The notes: generated by a model from the sequence alone, not told the origin. Counted from the stretch's first letter, positions 49,709-60,206 are shown. The stretch is 64,000 nucleotides of DNA from Candidatus Planktophila sp. (GCA_038906075.1 JBCKHB010000003.1:5958-69957); one strand, 5' to 3'. Made by a program: numbers and translations.

Positions 49709-52700
49709 TAACTTGCATCAGATTCGCGAAGTCGTTGTGAAATAACTTCTGACACACCGTCCCCACGCATGGTGACGCCATATAGGGAATCTGCAATTTC
49801 CATTGTGCGTTTTTGGTGGGTGATAATAATTAGTTGCGAACTTGCACGAAGTTCTTCCATAACACCGAGCAAGCGACCCAAGTTCACATCATCGAGGGCG
49901 GCTTCAACTTCATCTAGAACATAGAAAGGGCTTGGTCGGGCTTTAAAGATAGCAATCAACATCGCCACCGCAGTTAGAGATTTTTCTCCACCAGAGAGAA
50001 GTGATAAACGTTTAATGCGCTTTCCAGGTGGGCGAGCTTCTACATCTACGCCACTATTGATTGGATCATCAGGATTAGTCAAAATTAATCGGCCATCGCC
50101 ACCAGGAAATAGACGCGCAAATATATCTTCAAAATGTTGAGCAGTATCTGCAAATGCATCCATAAAAATTTTCTGAACGCGTTCGTCAACTTCTTTAATA
50201 ATAGCAAGAAGGTCTTTCTTTGTATTCTTCAAATCTTCAAGTTGTTCTGCAAGAAACTTTAAACGCTCTTCAAGGGCGGTAAATTCTTCCAGGGCTAGCG
50301 GGTTAATTTTTCCAAGAAGAGTCAAAGAGCGCTCAGTTGCTGCAAGGCGTTTTTCTTGTTGATCTCTACGATAAGGAATTAATTCCGTTGCAACGATTTC
50401 ACCTGTTTCGGTCTCAAAAAACGTTGGCACATCTTTATCTGGGCCATATTCACCAATTAAAGTCGCCGTATCAATACCGAATTCCTCAACTGTTTTAAGT
50501 TCTAGATTCTCAATTCGTAAACGCTGTTCGGCGCGTGCGATTTCATCACGATGAACGCTAGAAGTTAATTGGTCGAGTTCAGTAGTTAGTTCACGCCCCC
50601 GTGCGCGAATAGTTAGAGTCTCGCCTTCACGCGCCACGCGAGATTCTTCAAGTCGCGAACGTTCGGTAGCTGCTTTTGCAATGGATCTCTCAATATGGAT
50701 AAGGGCTTCATATGCCGCTTCGGCAATTGCTTGAGAAATTATCGCTCCGCGTGCTCGCGCACCACGGCGCGATACCGCCCGCGCAGATGCTTCGCGCTCG
50801 GCCAGAGCAGTTGCTTCGAGACTTTGCGCGCGCGCAGCAACTGAATCTACGCGTTCTTCAATTGTACGTACTGCAAGTCGGGCTTCAATTTCAGTAGTGC
50901 GCGCATTAGAAACTTCATTTCTCAAAATTTCAGTATATGAATGATCCGGTTGAGTAATTTTCCCGCGCTGTTGCAATTGATTCTGAGCAATTACTAACTC
51001 GTCATCATCACGAGATTTCGCACCGCTGGCTTCAGCAATTAGTTGATTAAGACGACTTACTTCATCCGATGCAGATTTCATATTTTGTCCAGCAACAGCT
51101 AGTTGTTCGGTTAGCGCTGCAATTCGGGAATCAGATTCGGTCAATCTTGAAAGGGCTAAATCGAATTCGCTCTGGCGCGATTCAACGTGCTGATTTGCAG
51201 TCGAAATTTCAAATCGCAAGCGATCACAGGTGTGCGAAAGTTCAACTAATTTCTTTTCTAGGGTGTCAACGAGGGCTTCGATTTCAATGAGGGATGAAGA
51301 AGATTGCGAACCACCGCTTGCACGAGATTGATTAATTACATCCCCGTCACGAGTTACTACAGTTAAATGTGGATGTGAGGCGATAATAGATTCTGCAGAT
51401 CGTGGGGAGTCAGCAACAACAATTGAGTCAAGCAGAGTTGCTAAAAGTTCACTTATTTTGGATGAGCGAATATGCGAACTCAATGGGTTTAACCCTGCAG
51501 GAACTGTTCGCAGATTTTTTCCAGCACCACCTTGATAAATAAGAACATCGGCTTGTCCAAGATTTTCGCTGCGAAGTGTGGTCAGCGCAGTAATTGCCGA
51601 ATTCAAATCGGCAACAACAATGGCATTGGCATATCTGCCAAGAGCAGCTGCTGCGGCCGCCTCCCAACCAGAATCAATCTCTAAAAGTGATGCAAGACTT
51701 CCAAGAATTGAAAGACCGCGTGAATCATTAAGTAGGGCGGCGACACCATCGCGACTTGCTGAAGTTAATTTAATTGCTTCCAATTTAGATTCGACACCGT
51801 TGCGTTCGCGATCAGCAACGCGTTCAGCCTCAATTAGTTCTCCCAATGCGCTTTTTGCAGAGTTAAGCGCGCCTCTTGTGCTTTCAAATTGCGAATCTAA
51901 ACCAAGTTCGCCCGAATCAGCGCTAGCAATTTCTAATTCATAGACCGAATAGTCACGCTTAGCACTTTCTACGCGAGCATTGGCTTCGTCTCTAGCTTTA
52001 GTTAAACGGGCAATTTCACTAGCAATTGCTTCAAGGCGAGCCACAAGTGATTTGATGTGACCTTCTTGGCGCGCAGTACCTTCGCGAGCATCGGCAATTG
52101 CGCGCATTGCTGCAGCAATTTTATCTTCATCAATACGAAGCGAATTTTCGGCATCTAATAATTGCGCAGTTGCTAATTCAAGTCCATGCTGGGCCGAAGT
52201 TACATTGTTGCGAAGTGTTAATTCTTCTGCGCGCAAAGTTTGGGCTTCGCGTTCAAGGCTTTCCGGATCGCGCCCAAGTGTGCGCGCTTCTTCGGCTTCT
52301 TCTGCCAGAAAACGCGAACGCTCTTGTGCCAAAGATTGAGTTCCACGAAATTTTTCACGCAACGAACTTAATTGGTAATAGCTCTCTTGTGCTTGAACTA
52401 AAAGTGGACTTTCAAATGCGGCTTGCGCATCGAGTACTTCTTCGCGATTACGAGTTCGATCTAAATCAGCTTCGACAATGCGGCGACGTTCACGTAGGGC
52501 ATTCTCGTCGGCAACTTCAGCGGTAAGTGTTTTCGAAAGCGAGATGTAATCATCGGCAAGTAAGCGCAACTTTGCATCACGCAGATCGGCTTGAATTGTT
52601 GCCGCTTTCTTTGCAACTTCTGCTTGTCTTCCTAGTGGGCGCAATTGGCGGCGTAATTCAAGCGTTAAATCTTGAACGCGCGCTAGGTTAGCCTGCATCG

Positions 52701-53247
52701 AATCGAGTTTGCGAAGCGCTTTTTCTTTACGTTTACGATGTTTTAATACGCCCGCCGCCTCTTCAATAAAACCACGCCGATCTTCTGGCGTAGCCATCAA
52801 AATCGCATCAAGTTGGCCTTGACCAACGATTACGTGCATTTCACGCCCAATTCCAGAATCGCTGAGCAATTCTTGAATATCTAATAAGCGCGTTGCTTCT
52901 CCGTTAATTTGATATTCGCTCTGTCCATTGCGAAAAAGAATGCGTGAAATTGTTACTTCGCTAAATTCAATCGGTAGTGCGCCATCTGTGTTATCAATTG
53001 TTAAGGAAACTTCTGCGCGACCAAGTGGCGCACGAGCGCTTGTTCCAGCGAAAATTACATCTTCCATCTTTCCGCCGCGTAATGATTTAGGACCTTGCTC
53101 ACCCATAACCCATGTGAGTGCGTCAACAACGTTACTTTTGCCAGAACCGTTTGGACCAACAACGCAGGTGATTCCGGGTTCAAGGTGCAGCGTGGTGGCA
53201 GAGGCAAAGGACTTAAAGCCCTTAAGGGTGATGCTCTTCAAATACAC
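49708..53247 (-). CDS. smc: chromosome segregation protein SMC
   Basis: GPNGSGKSN, coiled coils and hinge, LSGGE, LDEVEAALD. Confidence 0.98.
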   Translation of the reverse strand: MYLKSITLKGFKSFASATTLHLEPGITCVVGPNGSGKSNVVDALTWVMGEQGPKSLRGGKMEDVIFAGTSARAPLGRAEVSLTIDNTDGALPIEFSEVTISRILFRNGQSEYQINGEATRLLDIQELLSDSGIGREMHVIVGQGQLDAILMATPEDRRGFIEEAAGVLKHRKRKEKALRKLDSMQANLARVQDLTLELRRQLRPLGRQAEVAKKAATIQADLRDAKLRLLADDYISLSKTLTAEVADENALRERRRIVEADLDRTRNREEVLDAQAAFESPLLVQAQESYYQLSSLREKFRGTQSLAQERSRFLAEEAEEARTLGRDPESLEREAQTLRAEELTLRNNVTSAQHGLELATAQLLDAENSLRIDEDKIAAAMRAIADAREGTARQEGHIKSLVARLEAIASEIARLTKARDEANARVESAKRDYSVYELEIASADSGELGLDSQFESTRGALNSAKSALGELIEAERVADRERNGVESKLEAIKLTSASRDGVAALLNDSRGLSILGSLASLLEIDSGWEAAAAAALGRYANAIVVADLNSAITALTTLRSENLGQADVLIYQGGAGKNLRTVPAGLNPLSSHIRSSKISELLATLLDSIVVADSPRSAESIIASHPHLTVVTRDGDVINQSRASGGSQSSSSLIEIEALVDTLEKKLVELSHTCDRLRFEISTANQHVESRQSEFDLALSRLTESDSRIAALTEQLAVAGQNMKSASDEVSRLNQLIAEASGAKSRDDDELVIAQNQLQQRGKITQPDHSYTEILRNEVSNARTTEIEARLAVRTIEERVDSVAARAQSLEATALAEREASARAVSRRGARARGAIISQAIAEAAYEALIHIERSIAKAATERSRLEESRVAREGETLTIRARGRELTTELDQLTSSVHRDEIARAEQRLRIENLELKTVEEFGIDTATLIGEYGPDKDVPTFFETETGEIVATELIPYRRDQQEKRLAATERSLTLLGKINPLALEEFTALEERLKFLAEQLEDLKNTKKDLLAIIKEVDERVQKIFMDAFADTAQHFEDIFARLFPGGDGRLILTNPDDPINSGVDVEARPPGKRIKRLSLLSGGEKSLTAVAMLIAIFKARPSPFYVLDEVEAALDDVNLGRLLGVMEELRASSQLIIITHQKRTMEIADSLYGVTMRGDGVSEVISQRLRESDAS

Positions 53248-53309
53248 GCGGCAAACCTATCGCTTCGGGCGGTGATTTTTAGAGTGCGACTAGCCTAAAA
53301 AGAAGTGAG

Positions 53310-53990
53310 TTACGCCTGCGGTGGTATTTCACTCTTAAGAATTTCATAGGCAATACGCGCTGCAACTTGTTCGGCCTCGCGTTTGCTCTTTCCGGCACCC
53401 TCGCTAAGGGCGATGCCCGCAAGCATTGCCACTGCAGTGAAATTCTTATCGTGGTCTGGTCCTTCTTCGGTTACAAGATATTCGGGGGTTCCTTTATTTA
53501 GGGATGCAGCTAATTCTTGAAGCGCGGTCTTGCCATCTAAACCAGCACCACGCGCAACAGCGTCGGCCATTGTGGATTGAATTAAATCTCGCACAATTAG
53601 TGTGCACTTTTCAAACCCAAATTGTAAATAAATCGCCCCGATTAGCGCTTCGAGGGCATCGGCTAAAAGTGAATTTTTATCTCGCCCGCCTGTTACTTCT
53701 TCGCCTTTGCCAAGACGAATAAATTTTCCAAGATCTAATTCGCGCGCAATATCGGCTAACGCGCGCATATTTACAATGCCAGAGCGCAGCGGTGATAGGC
53801 GACTTTCATCTAAATCTGGATAACGAATATATAGTTCTTCGGTAACTATTAATCCAAGAACTGAATCGCCTAGAAATTCAAGTCGTTCGTTTGTTTCTTT
53901 ACTTCCCGATTCATATGCAAATGAACGATGAGTAAAAGCCAACTCAAGCAAGGCGGGTTCAATATCTAGACCCAACCGCTTAGCTAGCAA
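53310..53990 (-). CDS. rnc: ribonuclease III
   Basis: NERLEFLGDSVL signature, dsRBD; exact start uncertain. Confidence 0.96.
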   Translation of the reverse strand: MLAKRLGLDIEPALLELAFTHRSFAYESGSKETNERLEFLGDSVLGLIVTEELYIRYPDLDESRLSPLRSGIVNMRALADIARELDLGKFIRLGKGEEVTGGRDKNSLLADALEALIGAIYLQFGFEKCTLIVRDLIQSTMADAVARGAGLDGKTALQELAASLNKGTPEYLVTEEGPDHDKNFTAVAMLAGIALSEGAGKSKREAEQVAARIAYEILKSEIPPQA

Positions 53991-54000
53991 CGAGCGCAGA

Positions 54001-54174
54001 TCAGACCTCTATTACCTGACGACGGTTATAAGTACCGCAAGTTGGGCAGGCGGTGTGTTGCAATTTTGGTTGCTGGCACTGTGGACATGCCGCAAGTGCT
54101 GCTGCAGTTGTCTTCCACTGGCTTCGGCGTGAGCGCGTCTTAGAACGCGACATTTTTCGCTTTGGTACTGGCAT
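54001..54174 (-). CDS. rpmF: 50S ribosomal protein L32 (absent from the ORF track)
   Basis: Manual translation MPVPKRKMSRSKTRSRRSQWKTTAAALAACPQCQQPKLQHTACPTCGTYNRRQVIEV*. Confidence 0.97.
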   Translation of the reverse strand: MPVPKRKMSRSKTRSRRSQWKTTAAALAACPQCQQPKLQHTACPTCGTYNRRQVIEV

Positions 54175-54251
54175 CTCTGCTACTTCCTAACGTGGCTTCA
54201 AATCTATGCGTGCAAGTTGATTTGCAAGGGGATTAGTATCGCGCAAAATGC

Positions 54252-54851
54252 TCAATTCTTGAAATCGGGGTCAATCTCAGGCTGGGCGGCAAGGCCAGAT
54301 AATTTCCCCCATCTGGCATCAATGAGCTCATGAGCATGATCAGGTGGCAGGCTGGCCCATTTCTCCCCGCACTCTTGGCACAATCCAGCACACTCTGGGC
54401 TGCATAGCGGATTAATCGGAAGCGCCAGCACGATTGCATCCCGAATTGGAATTCCTAAATCCATAACATCGCCATCCATATGCAATTCATCATCGTTATC
54501 TAAATCATCCTCATTTTTTTCAATAACTTTTTTTCGACGCGCGCCACGTTCGGGTTTGCTCTCATAAAAATACAACTCTTGAATTGGGCGATCAATTTCC
54601 ACTTTGACTGGGTCAAGACATCGAATACATTCACCAAATGCTGTTGCATAAATTTGCGCAGTCAGAAGTACGCCCTGCGCTACCGCTTCTAAGCGCGCAT
54701 CAACTTCGATGATTTCACCAGCAGGAATTGCTATTAGTTCAACGCCAACTTTTTCAATAACCTTCAAATCAAGCTGGTATTGCCTCATCTCACCGGCTCG
54801 CCTAGGCAGTTCGTGAGTATTTAATTTAAAGATTTCACTTGCAACAGCCAT
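54252..54851 (-). CDS. YceD/DUF177 family protein
   Basis: ECIRCL, PLCSPECAGLCQECG, DARW; upstream of rpmF. Confidence 0.92.
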   Translation of the reverse strand: MAVASEIFKLNTHELPRRAGEMRQYQLDLKVIEKVGVELIAIPAGEIIEVDARLEAVAQGVLLTAQIYATAFGECIRCLDPVKVEIDRPIQELYFYESKPERGARRKKVIEKNEDDLDNDDELHMDGDVMDLGIPIRDAIVLALPINPLCSPECAGLCQECGEKWASLPPDHAHELIDARWGKLSGLAAQPEIDPDFKN

Positions 54852-54856
54852 CGAGC

Positions 54857-55339
54857 TTACTTTTCGTCAGAGAGTTGGGAAAGAATATCCTTATCATCGG
54901 CTCCGGCTAAGCGCTCACGACCGCGCGTTACTGCATCCATAGTTTTATTTAGGATAACTTCTAGAGTTGCCAGACGGCCATCGATATAGACTTCGACTTC
55001 TTCTCGCTCTTCTTCGGCAGTAATTTTTACATCACTGAGAATTTTCTTGGCTTCGGCACGCGCGGCTTGCACGATTCCCGCCTGCTCGATCATACGCGCA
55101 ACATCTTCACGAGCCATGGTAATCATGTTTTCACAACTTACTCTGCCTTCTTCAATGATTGCATCACGAGTGGCTAAAACTTTTTGGGCAGCTGCTAGGT
55201 CGGTCGGAAGAGCTGCACGAGCATCATCTAGAAGTTCTAACATTTCCCCGCGGTGTACAACACACGAAGCCGATAGCGGAACTCCGCGGGCTTCTTCAAC
55301 CATAGTGATGGCACTGTTTAATTTCTCAACTGATTCCAT
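54857..55339 (-). CDS. SepIVA-like coiled-coil protein
   Basis: VEEARGVPLSASCVV.R; position between coaD and yceD. Confidence 0.8.
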   Translation of the reverse strand: MESVEKLNSAITMVEEARGVPLSASCVVHRGEMLELLDDARAALPTDLAAAQKVLATRDAIIEEGRVSCENMITMAREDVARMIEQAGIVQAARAEAKKILSDVKITAEEEREEVEVYIDGRLATLEVILNKTMDAVTRGRERLAGADDKDILSQLSDEK

Positions 55340-55342
55340 GGA

Positions 55343-55822
55343 TTATTTCCCCGCCATTCTCTTTTTTAAAGCTTCATTGATCGCTGGTGGAACCATGCTA
55401 GAAACATCACCGTTAAAATGCGCTAACTCTTTGACAAGCGATGATGATAAAAATGAATGCGTTGGTGAAGTAGCCATAAACATCGTTTCTACTCCAGAAC
55501 CTTGTAAATTTACTTGTGCCATTTGAAGTTCATAATCAAAATCAGTAATAGCGCGCAGACCTTTTACAATCGCCGTAATTGAGTTGCGCTTGCAATAATC
55601 AACTAACAATCCGCTCCATGAATCCACAACAATATTTGGAAATTTAGCAGTAGTCTCGCGAATCATTTCCATTCGTTCGGCCACAGTAAATAGACTGGCT
55701 TTTGTGCGATTCTCAAGAACTGCAACAACAACTTGATCAAAATGAGCGCTAGCACGCTTGATAATGTCTATGTGTCCATATGTAATTGGATCAAAAGAGC
55801 CTGGGCAAACAGCACGATTCAT
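55343..55822 (-). CDS. coaD: pantetheine-phosphate adenylyltransferase
   Basis: PGSFDPIT.GH, KGLR..DFDYE, SSSLVKE. Confidence 0.97.
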   Translation of the reverse strand: MNRAVCPGSFDPITYGHIDIIKRASAHFDQVVVAVLENRTKASLFTVAERMEMIRETTAKFPNIVVDSWSGLLVDYCKRNSITAIVKGLRAITDFDYELQMAQVNLQGSGVETMFMATSPTHSFLSSSLVKELAHFNGDVSSMVPPAINEALKKRMAGK

Positions 55823-55871
55823 GGTGTTAACGCTAGCAATAGATGGCTTACTTATCCATTACGCGCTTAAA

Positions 55872-56441
55872 TCAAGGCCTGTAATTTGCATAATAAATCG
55901 TTGCTTGCCCATAATTGCGTTCACGCACTGATTCAAAGTGTGGCGGCCAATTAAAGTATGAACTCTTTGAAGTTCGCTCGATTGCAATAAATGCATCACT
56001 ACTTAGAAATTGGCCACTATGTAAATCAGTCAGCAACGCTTCTAGATCGGTATCTGGAAAATCATAAGGTGGATCTATATAAACCAAGTGATAGAGCCAT
56101 TTAGGTGGATCACTTATAAAACGCTGCGCCGACATGCAATAAAGATGAAATTTACCAACGGGTTTTGATTTCAAAACTAATTCTTCATTAGTGCTAATAG
56201 TTTTTTGAGCGCTGCTATCTTTTTCTACCGCGTGAACAAGCGTTGCACCACGTGAGAGCGCTTCTAGCCCAATTGCACCCGAGCCTGCAAAGAGATCTAA
56301 AACATGTAAACCTAAAAAATCACCGAATTCAGAAGTCAGTGATGAGAAAAGCCCTTCACGTGCACGATCTGATGTTGGTCTGGTTGCGCCAGCAACGCTA
56401 CTCAAAGTCCGACCTTTTGCAACTCCAGCAATGATTCTCAT
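55872..56441 (-). CDS. rsmD: 16S rRNA (guanine966-N2)-methyltransferase
   Basis: MRIIAG, RPT.DR.RE, LDLFAGSG, DPPY. Confidence 0.95.
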   Translation of the reverse strand: MRIIAGVAKGRTLSSVAGATRPTSDRAREGLFSSLTSEFGDFLGLHVLDLFAGSGAIGLEALSRGATLVHAVEKDSSAQKTISTNEELVLKSKPVGKFHLYCMSAQRFISDPPKWLYHLVYIDPPYDFPDTDLEALLTDLHSGQFLSSDAFIAIERTSKSSYFNWPPHFESVRERNYGQATIYYANYRP

Positions 56442-56446
56442 ATTCC

Positions 56447-58618
56447 TTAACCTTTATCCAAGTAATCTACTGCGCTATCTCGGCGCAATATTGATAACTC
56501 TCTTTCGAGTGCAGGATAACTTCGTAAATCATTAGTTTCACCGATTAATTCTTCGGCATCTTTGCGAGCCAAATCAATTAAATCTTCATCGCGCAAAACT
56601 CGAAGCAATCGCAGGTGAGAACGGGTTCCAGATTGATCGGCTCCCAAAACATCGCCTTCGCGTCTCTGTTCTAAATCAATTCTTGAAAGTTCAAACCCAT
56701 CAAGGGTTGCCGCAACAGCATCTAGACGCGCCCTTGCAGATGAATCGGCTGGTGCACTCGTTACTAATAAACAAAGCCCCGGAGAAGTCCCGCGACCTAC
56801 GCGACCCCGTAATTGGTGCAATTGTGAAACACCAAAGCGATCTGCATCCATAATTACCATAACTGTTGCGTTGGCAACATCTACGCCAACTTCGATAACT
56901 GTTGTAGAAACGAGCACATCGATATCGCCTTGGGCAAAAGCGGTCATTGTCGCTTCTTTGAGTTCGCTGGCTTGACGACCGTGCAAAGGGGCTAATTTCA
57001 AAGCAGACAGTGCGCCCTTTGCTAATCGCGGTTCTAATTCTTCTACCGATGTTATGTCATTAGAACTTTTTCCAAACAAAAATTCCAAATCACAATCAGT
57101 CGATATGCCTTCGCTGATGCGTGGCGCCACGATGTAGGCCTGATGCTTAAGGGCCACTTCCTCGCTAATACGCGCCCAAGCACGTTCCAAATAATTTGGT
57201 TTCTCTAGCACGGCAATAATATGTGTAGTAATTGGCTGGCGTCCTAGTGGTAATTCGCGAAGTGTGGAAATATCCAAATCCCCAAAGACCGTCATTGCAA
57301 CGGTGCGAGGGATTGGTGTTGCCGTCATAACAAGTAAATGCGGTGGTTGCTCTGCTTTTTCTTTAAGCGCATCGCGTTGCTCTACCCCGAAACGATGTTG
57401 TTCATCTACAACGATTAATCCCAAATCTTTGAACTCAATTTTTTCACCCAGTAGCGCGTGCGTTCCAATAATAATTCCTGCTTCACCAGTTGCTGCAAGT
57501 GCCAACGCTTCTTTGCGTGCAGCAGAGGATTGCGAACCAGTTATCAGTGTTACTTGCGTGGATTTTTCATCACTTCCTAACATCCCACTAAGCGCCCGTG
57601 CGCCTAAAAATTTTCTAATTGTTCGCAGATGTTGGGCTGCCAAAACTTCAGTGGGTGCAAGAAAAGCTGCCTGTCCCCCGCTATCTATAACGGCCAACAT
57701 GGCGCGCAACGCAACGATGGTTTTACCCGAACCAACTTCGCCTTGTAATAAGCGATGCATTGGGTGATCTTGGGCTAAATCTTGTTCGATTTCAGCACAG
57801 ACCGCTTTCTGTCCAGACGTTAAATCAAATGGAAGTGACTTATCAAATTCTTCAAGTAGGCCGCCGCTTCTAACTTTTCGCGATTTTGTATTTAATTTTT
57901 TCAATTCATTTCGTCGCATTACTAATAAAGTTTGCAGCAAAAACGCCTCATCAAAAGTTAGGCGAGCACGGGCTAGTTCCGCACTTTCCAGATCAAGCGG
58001 CTGGTGCAACGAAACCAAGGCTTGATGCAGCGTCGGATAAGCGTGTTTTTTTCGAATCTCATCTGGTAAAAAGTCTGCAATTTCATCGAGTGAATTAATT
58101 GCCAGTTCTATGCACTTGGCGATCTTCCATGACGGTAATTTTGCGCTCGCTGAATAAACGGGCAGATATTTCCCAGCAAAATTTGCAACAGCGCTATCGA
58201 CATCGCTGCCATCTGGAATCATTTCATAATCGGGATGGGCTAATTGGCGCTTGCCTTTAAAGAGCCCAACCTTTCCAGCAAATAAACCCTGCCGTCCAAT
58301 TCGTAAATCTTTCTCTCTCCAACCTTGATTAAAAAAAGTGAGCGATAATTTTGCGCTGCCATCGGTAACTATTACTTCTAGAATTCCGCCACTTCGACCG
58401 CGAATTACACGATTATTAGAACTATGAACTTGGGCCAAAATTGTTACTTCATCGCCTTCTTGTAACTGTGAAATATCGGTTAATTGCCCGCGCACTTCAT
58501 AGCGTCGTGGGTAGTGGCGCATTAAATCACCTACACTTCTCATAGCAAATGCCTTCTCTAAAACCGCTGCAGTGCGATCGCCAATCACGCTGGATAATTT
58601 GCTCTCAAGATTGGCCAC
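56447..58618 (-). CDS. recG: ATP-dependent DNA helicase RecG
   Basis: QGEVGSGKT, DEQHRFG, TATPIPRT, QLHQLRGRVGR; start GTG 58618 or 58633. Confidence 0.97.
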   Translation of the reverse strand: MANLESKLSSVIGDRTAAVLEKAFAMRSVGDLMRHYPRRYEVRGQLTDISQLQEGDEVTILAQVHSSNNRVIRGRSGGILEVIVTDGSAKLSLTFFNQGWREKDLRIGRQGLFAGKVGLFKGKRQLAHPDYEMIPDGSDVDSAVANFAGKYLPVYSASAKLPSWKIAKCIELAINSLDEIADFLPDEIRKKHAYPTLHQALVSLHQPLDLESAELARARLTFDEAFLLQTLLVMRRNELKKLNTKSRKVRSGGLLEEFDKSLPFDLTSGQKAVCAEIEQDLAQDHPMHRLLQGEVGSGKTIVALRAMLAVIDSGGQAAFLAPTEVLAAQHLRTIRKFLGARALSGMLGSDEKSTQVTLITGSQSSAARKEALALAATGEAGIIIGTHALLGEKIEFKDLGLIVVDEQHRFGVEQRDALKEKAEQPPHLLVMTATPIPRTVAMTVFGDLDISTLRELPLGRQPITTHIIAVLEKPNYLERAWARISEEVALKHQAYIVAPRISEGISTDCDLEFLFGKSSNDITSVEELEPRLAKGALSALKLAPLHGRQASELKEATMTAFAQGDIDVLVSTTVIEVGVDVANATVMVIMDADRFGVSQLHQLRGRVGRGTSPGLCLLVTSAPADSSARARLDAVAATLDGFELSRIDLEQRREGDVLGADQSGTRSHLRLLRVLRDEDLIDLARKDAEELIGETNDLRSYPALERELSILRRDSAVDYLDKG

Positions 58619-58753
58619 AAGAGCATTCTGCACTTAAAGGCTTAATTTTTCAGGCGTGACATAAGCCAATCGTTGACCGATTAGCGCCGAAGGCCCTCTC
58701 CTTGCTAACCTTGCGCCTTACTCACTGAATCTGTTTTGAAAGGAAGTCCCGCT

Positions 58754-58939
58754 GTGGCAGCAATATGCGACATCTGTGGCAAAGGCCCCAGCTTTGGCAA
58801 TAACGTTTCACACTCTCAGGTAAAGACTCGTCGCCGTTGGAATCCAAATATCCAGCGCGTTCGCACTCTGATTGCTGGAACTCCTAAGCGTCAAAATGTC
58901 TGTACTTCATGCCTTAAGGCTGGAAAAGTCACGCGTTAA
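58754..58939 (+). CDS. rpmB: 50S ribosomal protein L28 (Zn-binding form)
   Basis: CDICGK.P.FGNNVSHS...RRW.PN, CTSC; GTG start after AAGGAAG. Confidence 0.97.
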   Translation: MAAICDICGKGPSFGNNVSHSQVKTRRRWNPNIQRVRTLIAGTPKRQNVCTSCLKAGKVTR

Positions 58940-58948
58940 TTAAAATCT

Positions 58949-59875
58949 TTAATTGAAATGGCGCCAGATATCTGGCGCTTTTTTCATTTCTAGGCCAAGT
59001 AATCCCGAACCTTTTTCAACTACACCCACTTCGAAACCAGCTAAATTAGTACCAGTTGCAAGAAATACATGGTCTTCTCCCCCAGCAAAAATCCATTGCC
59101 AGATATCGATGCCAAAAGTTTTTGCCAATTCTTCTAACTGTGCAAATTCAGCATGGGCTTTGAATTTTTCGGCCATGAAGTGCAACGTGACTCCTGATGC
59201 ATCTGCTACCTGCTTGCCCTGAATTAAAAGTCCATCACTAATATCGCAGATCGAGCTGGCGCCACCGGCTGCAAAACTAATAGCCGATGAGTAATCAACG
59301 GTGGGAGCTGAAAATTCCGACAGCGCATATTGTTCTAAATCCCCTGTGAAATCTTTTTCAAGGTTTGCTAAATACAAGCCAGCCGCTGACCAACCGGGCA
59401 GTGACGAAAGATAAATTGACTCACCCACCTGCGCACCGCTTCGAAGCACCGCCTTTTCAACGTTGCCAACAGCCGTCATTGAAATAACTTTTATTGGCCC
59501 GCGCGTTAAATCTCCGCCCACAACCCTTGCGCCACAACTTTTAGCTTCGTGCGTGATTCCTTGGGCTAACTCTTCAATCCATTCCATCGTCTCATCGCCA
59601 ATTAAAGAAAGGGCAACAAGTAAGTATTGCGGTGTTGCCCCCATTGCATAAATATCAGCCAAGTTAGCAGCAGTAATTTTGCGCCCGATATCAAAGGCAG
59701 AAGACCAGCGTGGATTAAAGTGCGTACCTTCAACTGCCATATCTGTCGTAATTACACTCTTGGCGGTAGTGCTTACAACAGCGCCATCATCGCCAATTCC
59801 AACTTCTACGCCCTCATGCGCGCTGCCAAAAATTGCAGCCAGAGCCGCAATTACTTGGCTCTCGTCAAAGTTCAT
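58949..59875 (-). CDS. thiL: thiamine-phosphate kinase
   Basis: GIGDDGAV, NLADIYAMG, GGD, RSGA, DISDGL, GGED. Confidence 0.95.
   Translation of the reverse strand: MNFDESQVIAALAAIFGSAHEGVEVGIGDDGAVVSTTAKSVITTDMAVEGTHFNPRWSSAFDIGRKITAANLADIYAMGATPQYLLVALSLIGDETMEWIEELAQGITHEAKSCGARVVGGDLTRGPIKVISMTAVGNVEKAVLRSGAQVGESIYLSSLPGWSAAGLYLANLEKDFTGDLEQYALSEFSAPTVDYSSAISFAAGGASSICDISDGLLIQGKQVADASGVTLHFMAEKFKAHAEFAQLEELAKTFGIDIWQWIFAGGEDHVFLATGTNLAGFEVGVVEKGSGLLGLEMKKAPDIWRHFN
58961..58984 (+). terminator. rpmB terminator embedded in the 3' end of thiL
   Basis: GCGCCAGATATCTGGCGC palindrome followed by TTTTTT. Confidence 0.6.
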
Positions 59876-59961
59876 GCAGGCCAGCCTATTAGAAAATTTA
59901 GACCACTAGAGAGTTCAACCACTTCTGCGGTAGCCTCTAGCTATAAACGAAAGGAAATACC

Positions 59962-60195
59962 ATGTCAATGCAGGCCTACATTTTAATTCAGACCGAGGTC
60001 GGGAAAGCATCGAGCGTTGCAAAAGCGGTCACCGCAATTGCAGGTGTAACTCTTGCCGAAGGCGTCACCGGACCTTATGACGTAATCATGCGCGCAGAAG
60101 CCCCCAGCATGGAAGAATTCGCGCGTGTAATTTTATCTAAAGTACAAGGTGTTGCAGGAATTACAAGAACGCTGACTTGCCCCGTTACTTATTAG
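59962..60195 (+). CDS. Lrp/AsnC ligand-binding-domain protein
   Basis: QAYILIQTEVGK, VTGPYDVI, RTLTCPV; thiL-lrp-ddl synteny. Confidence 0.92.
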   Translation: MSMQAYILIQTEVGKASSVAKAVTAIAGVTLAEGVTGPYDVIMRAEAPSMEEFARVILSKVQGVAGITRTLTCPVTY

Positions 60196-60206
60196 AAATT
60201 ATCAGC

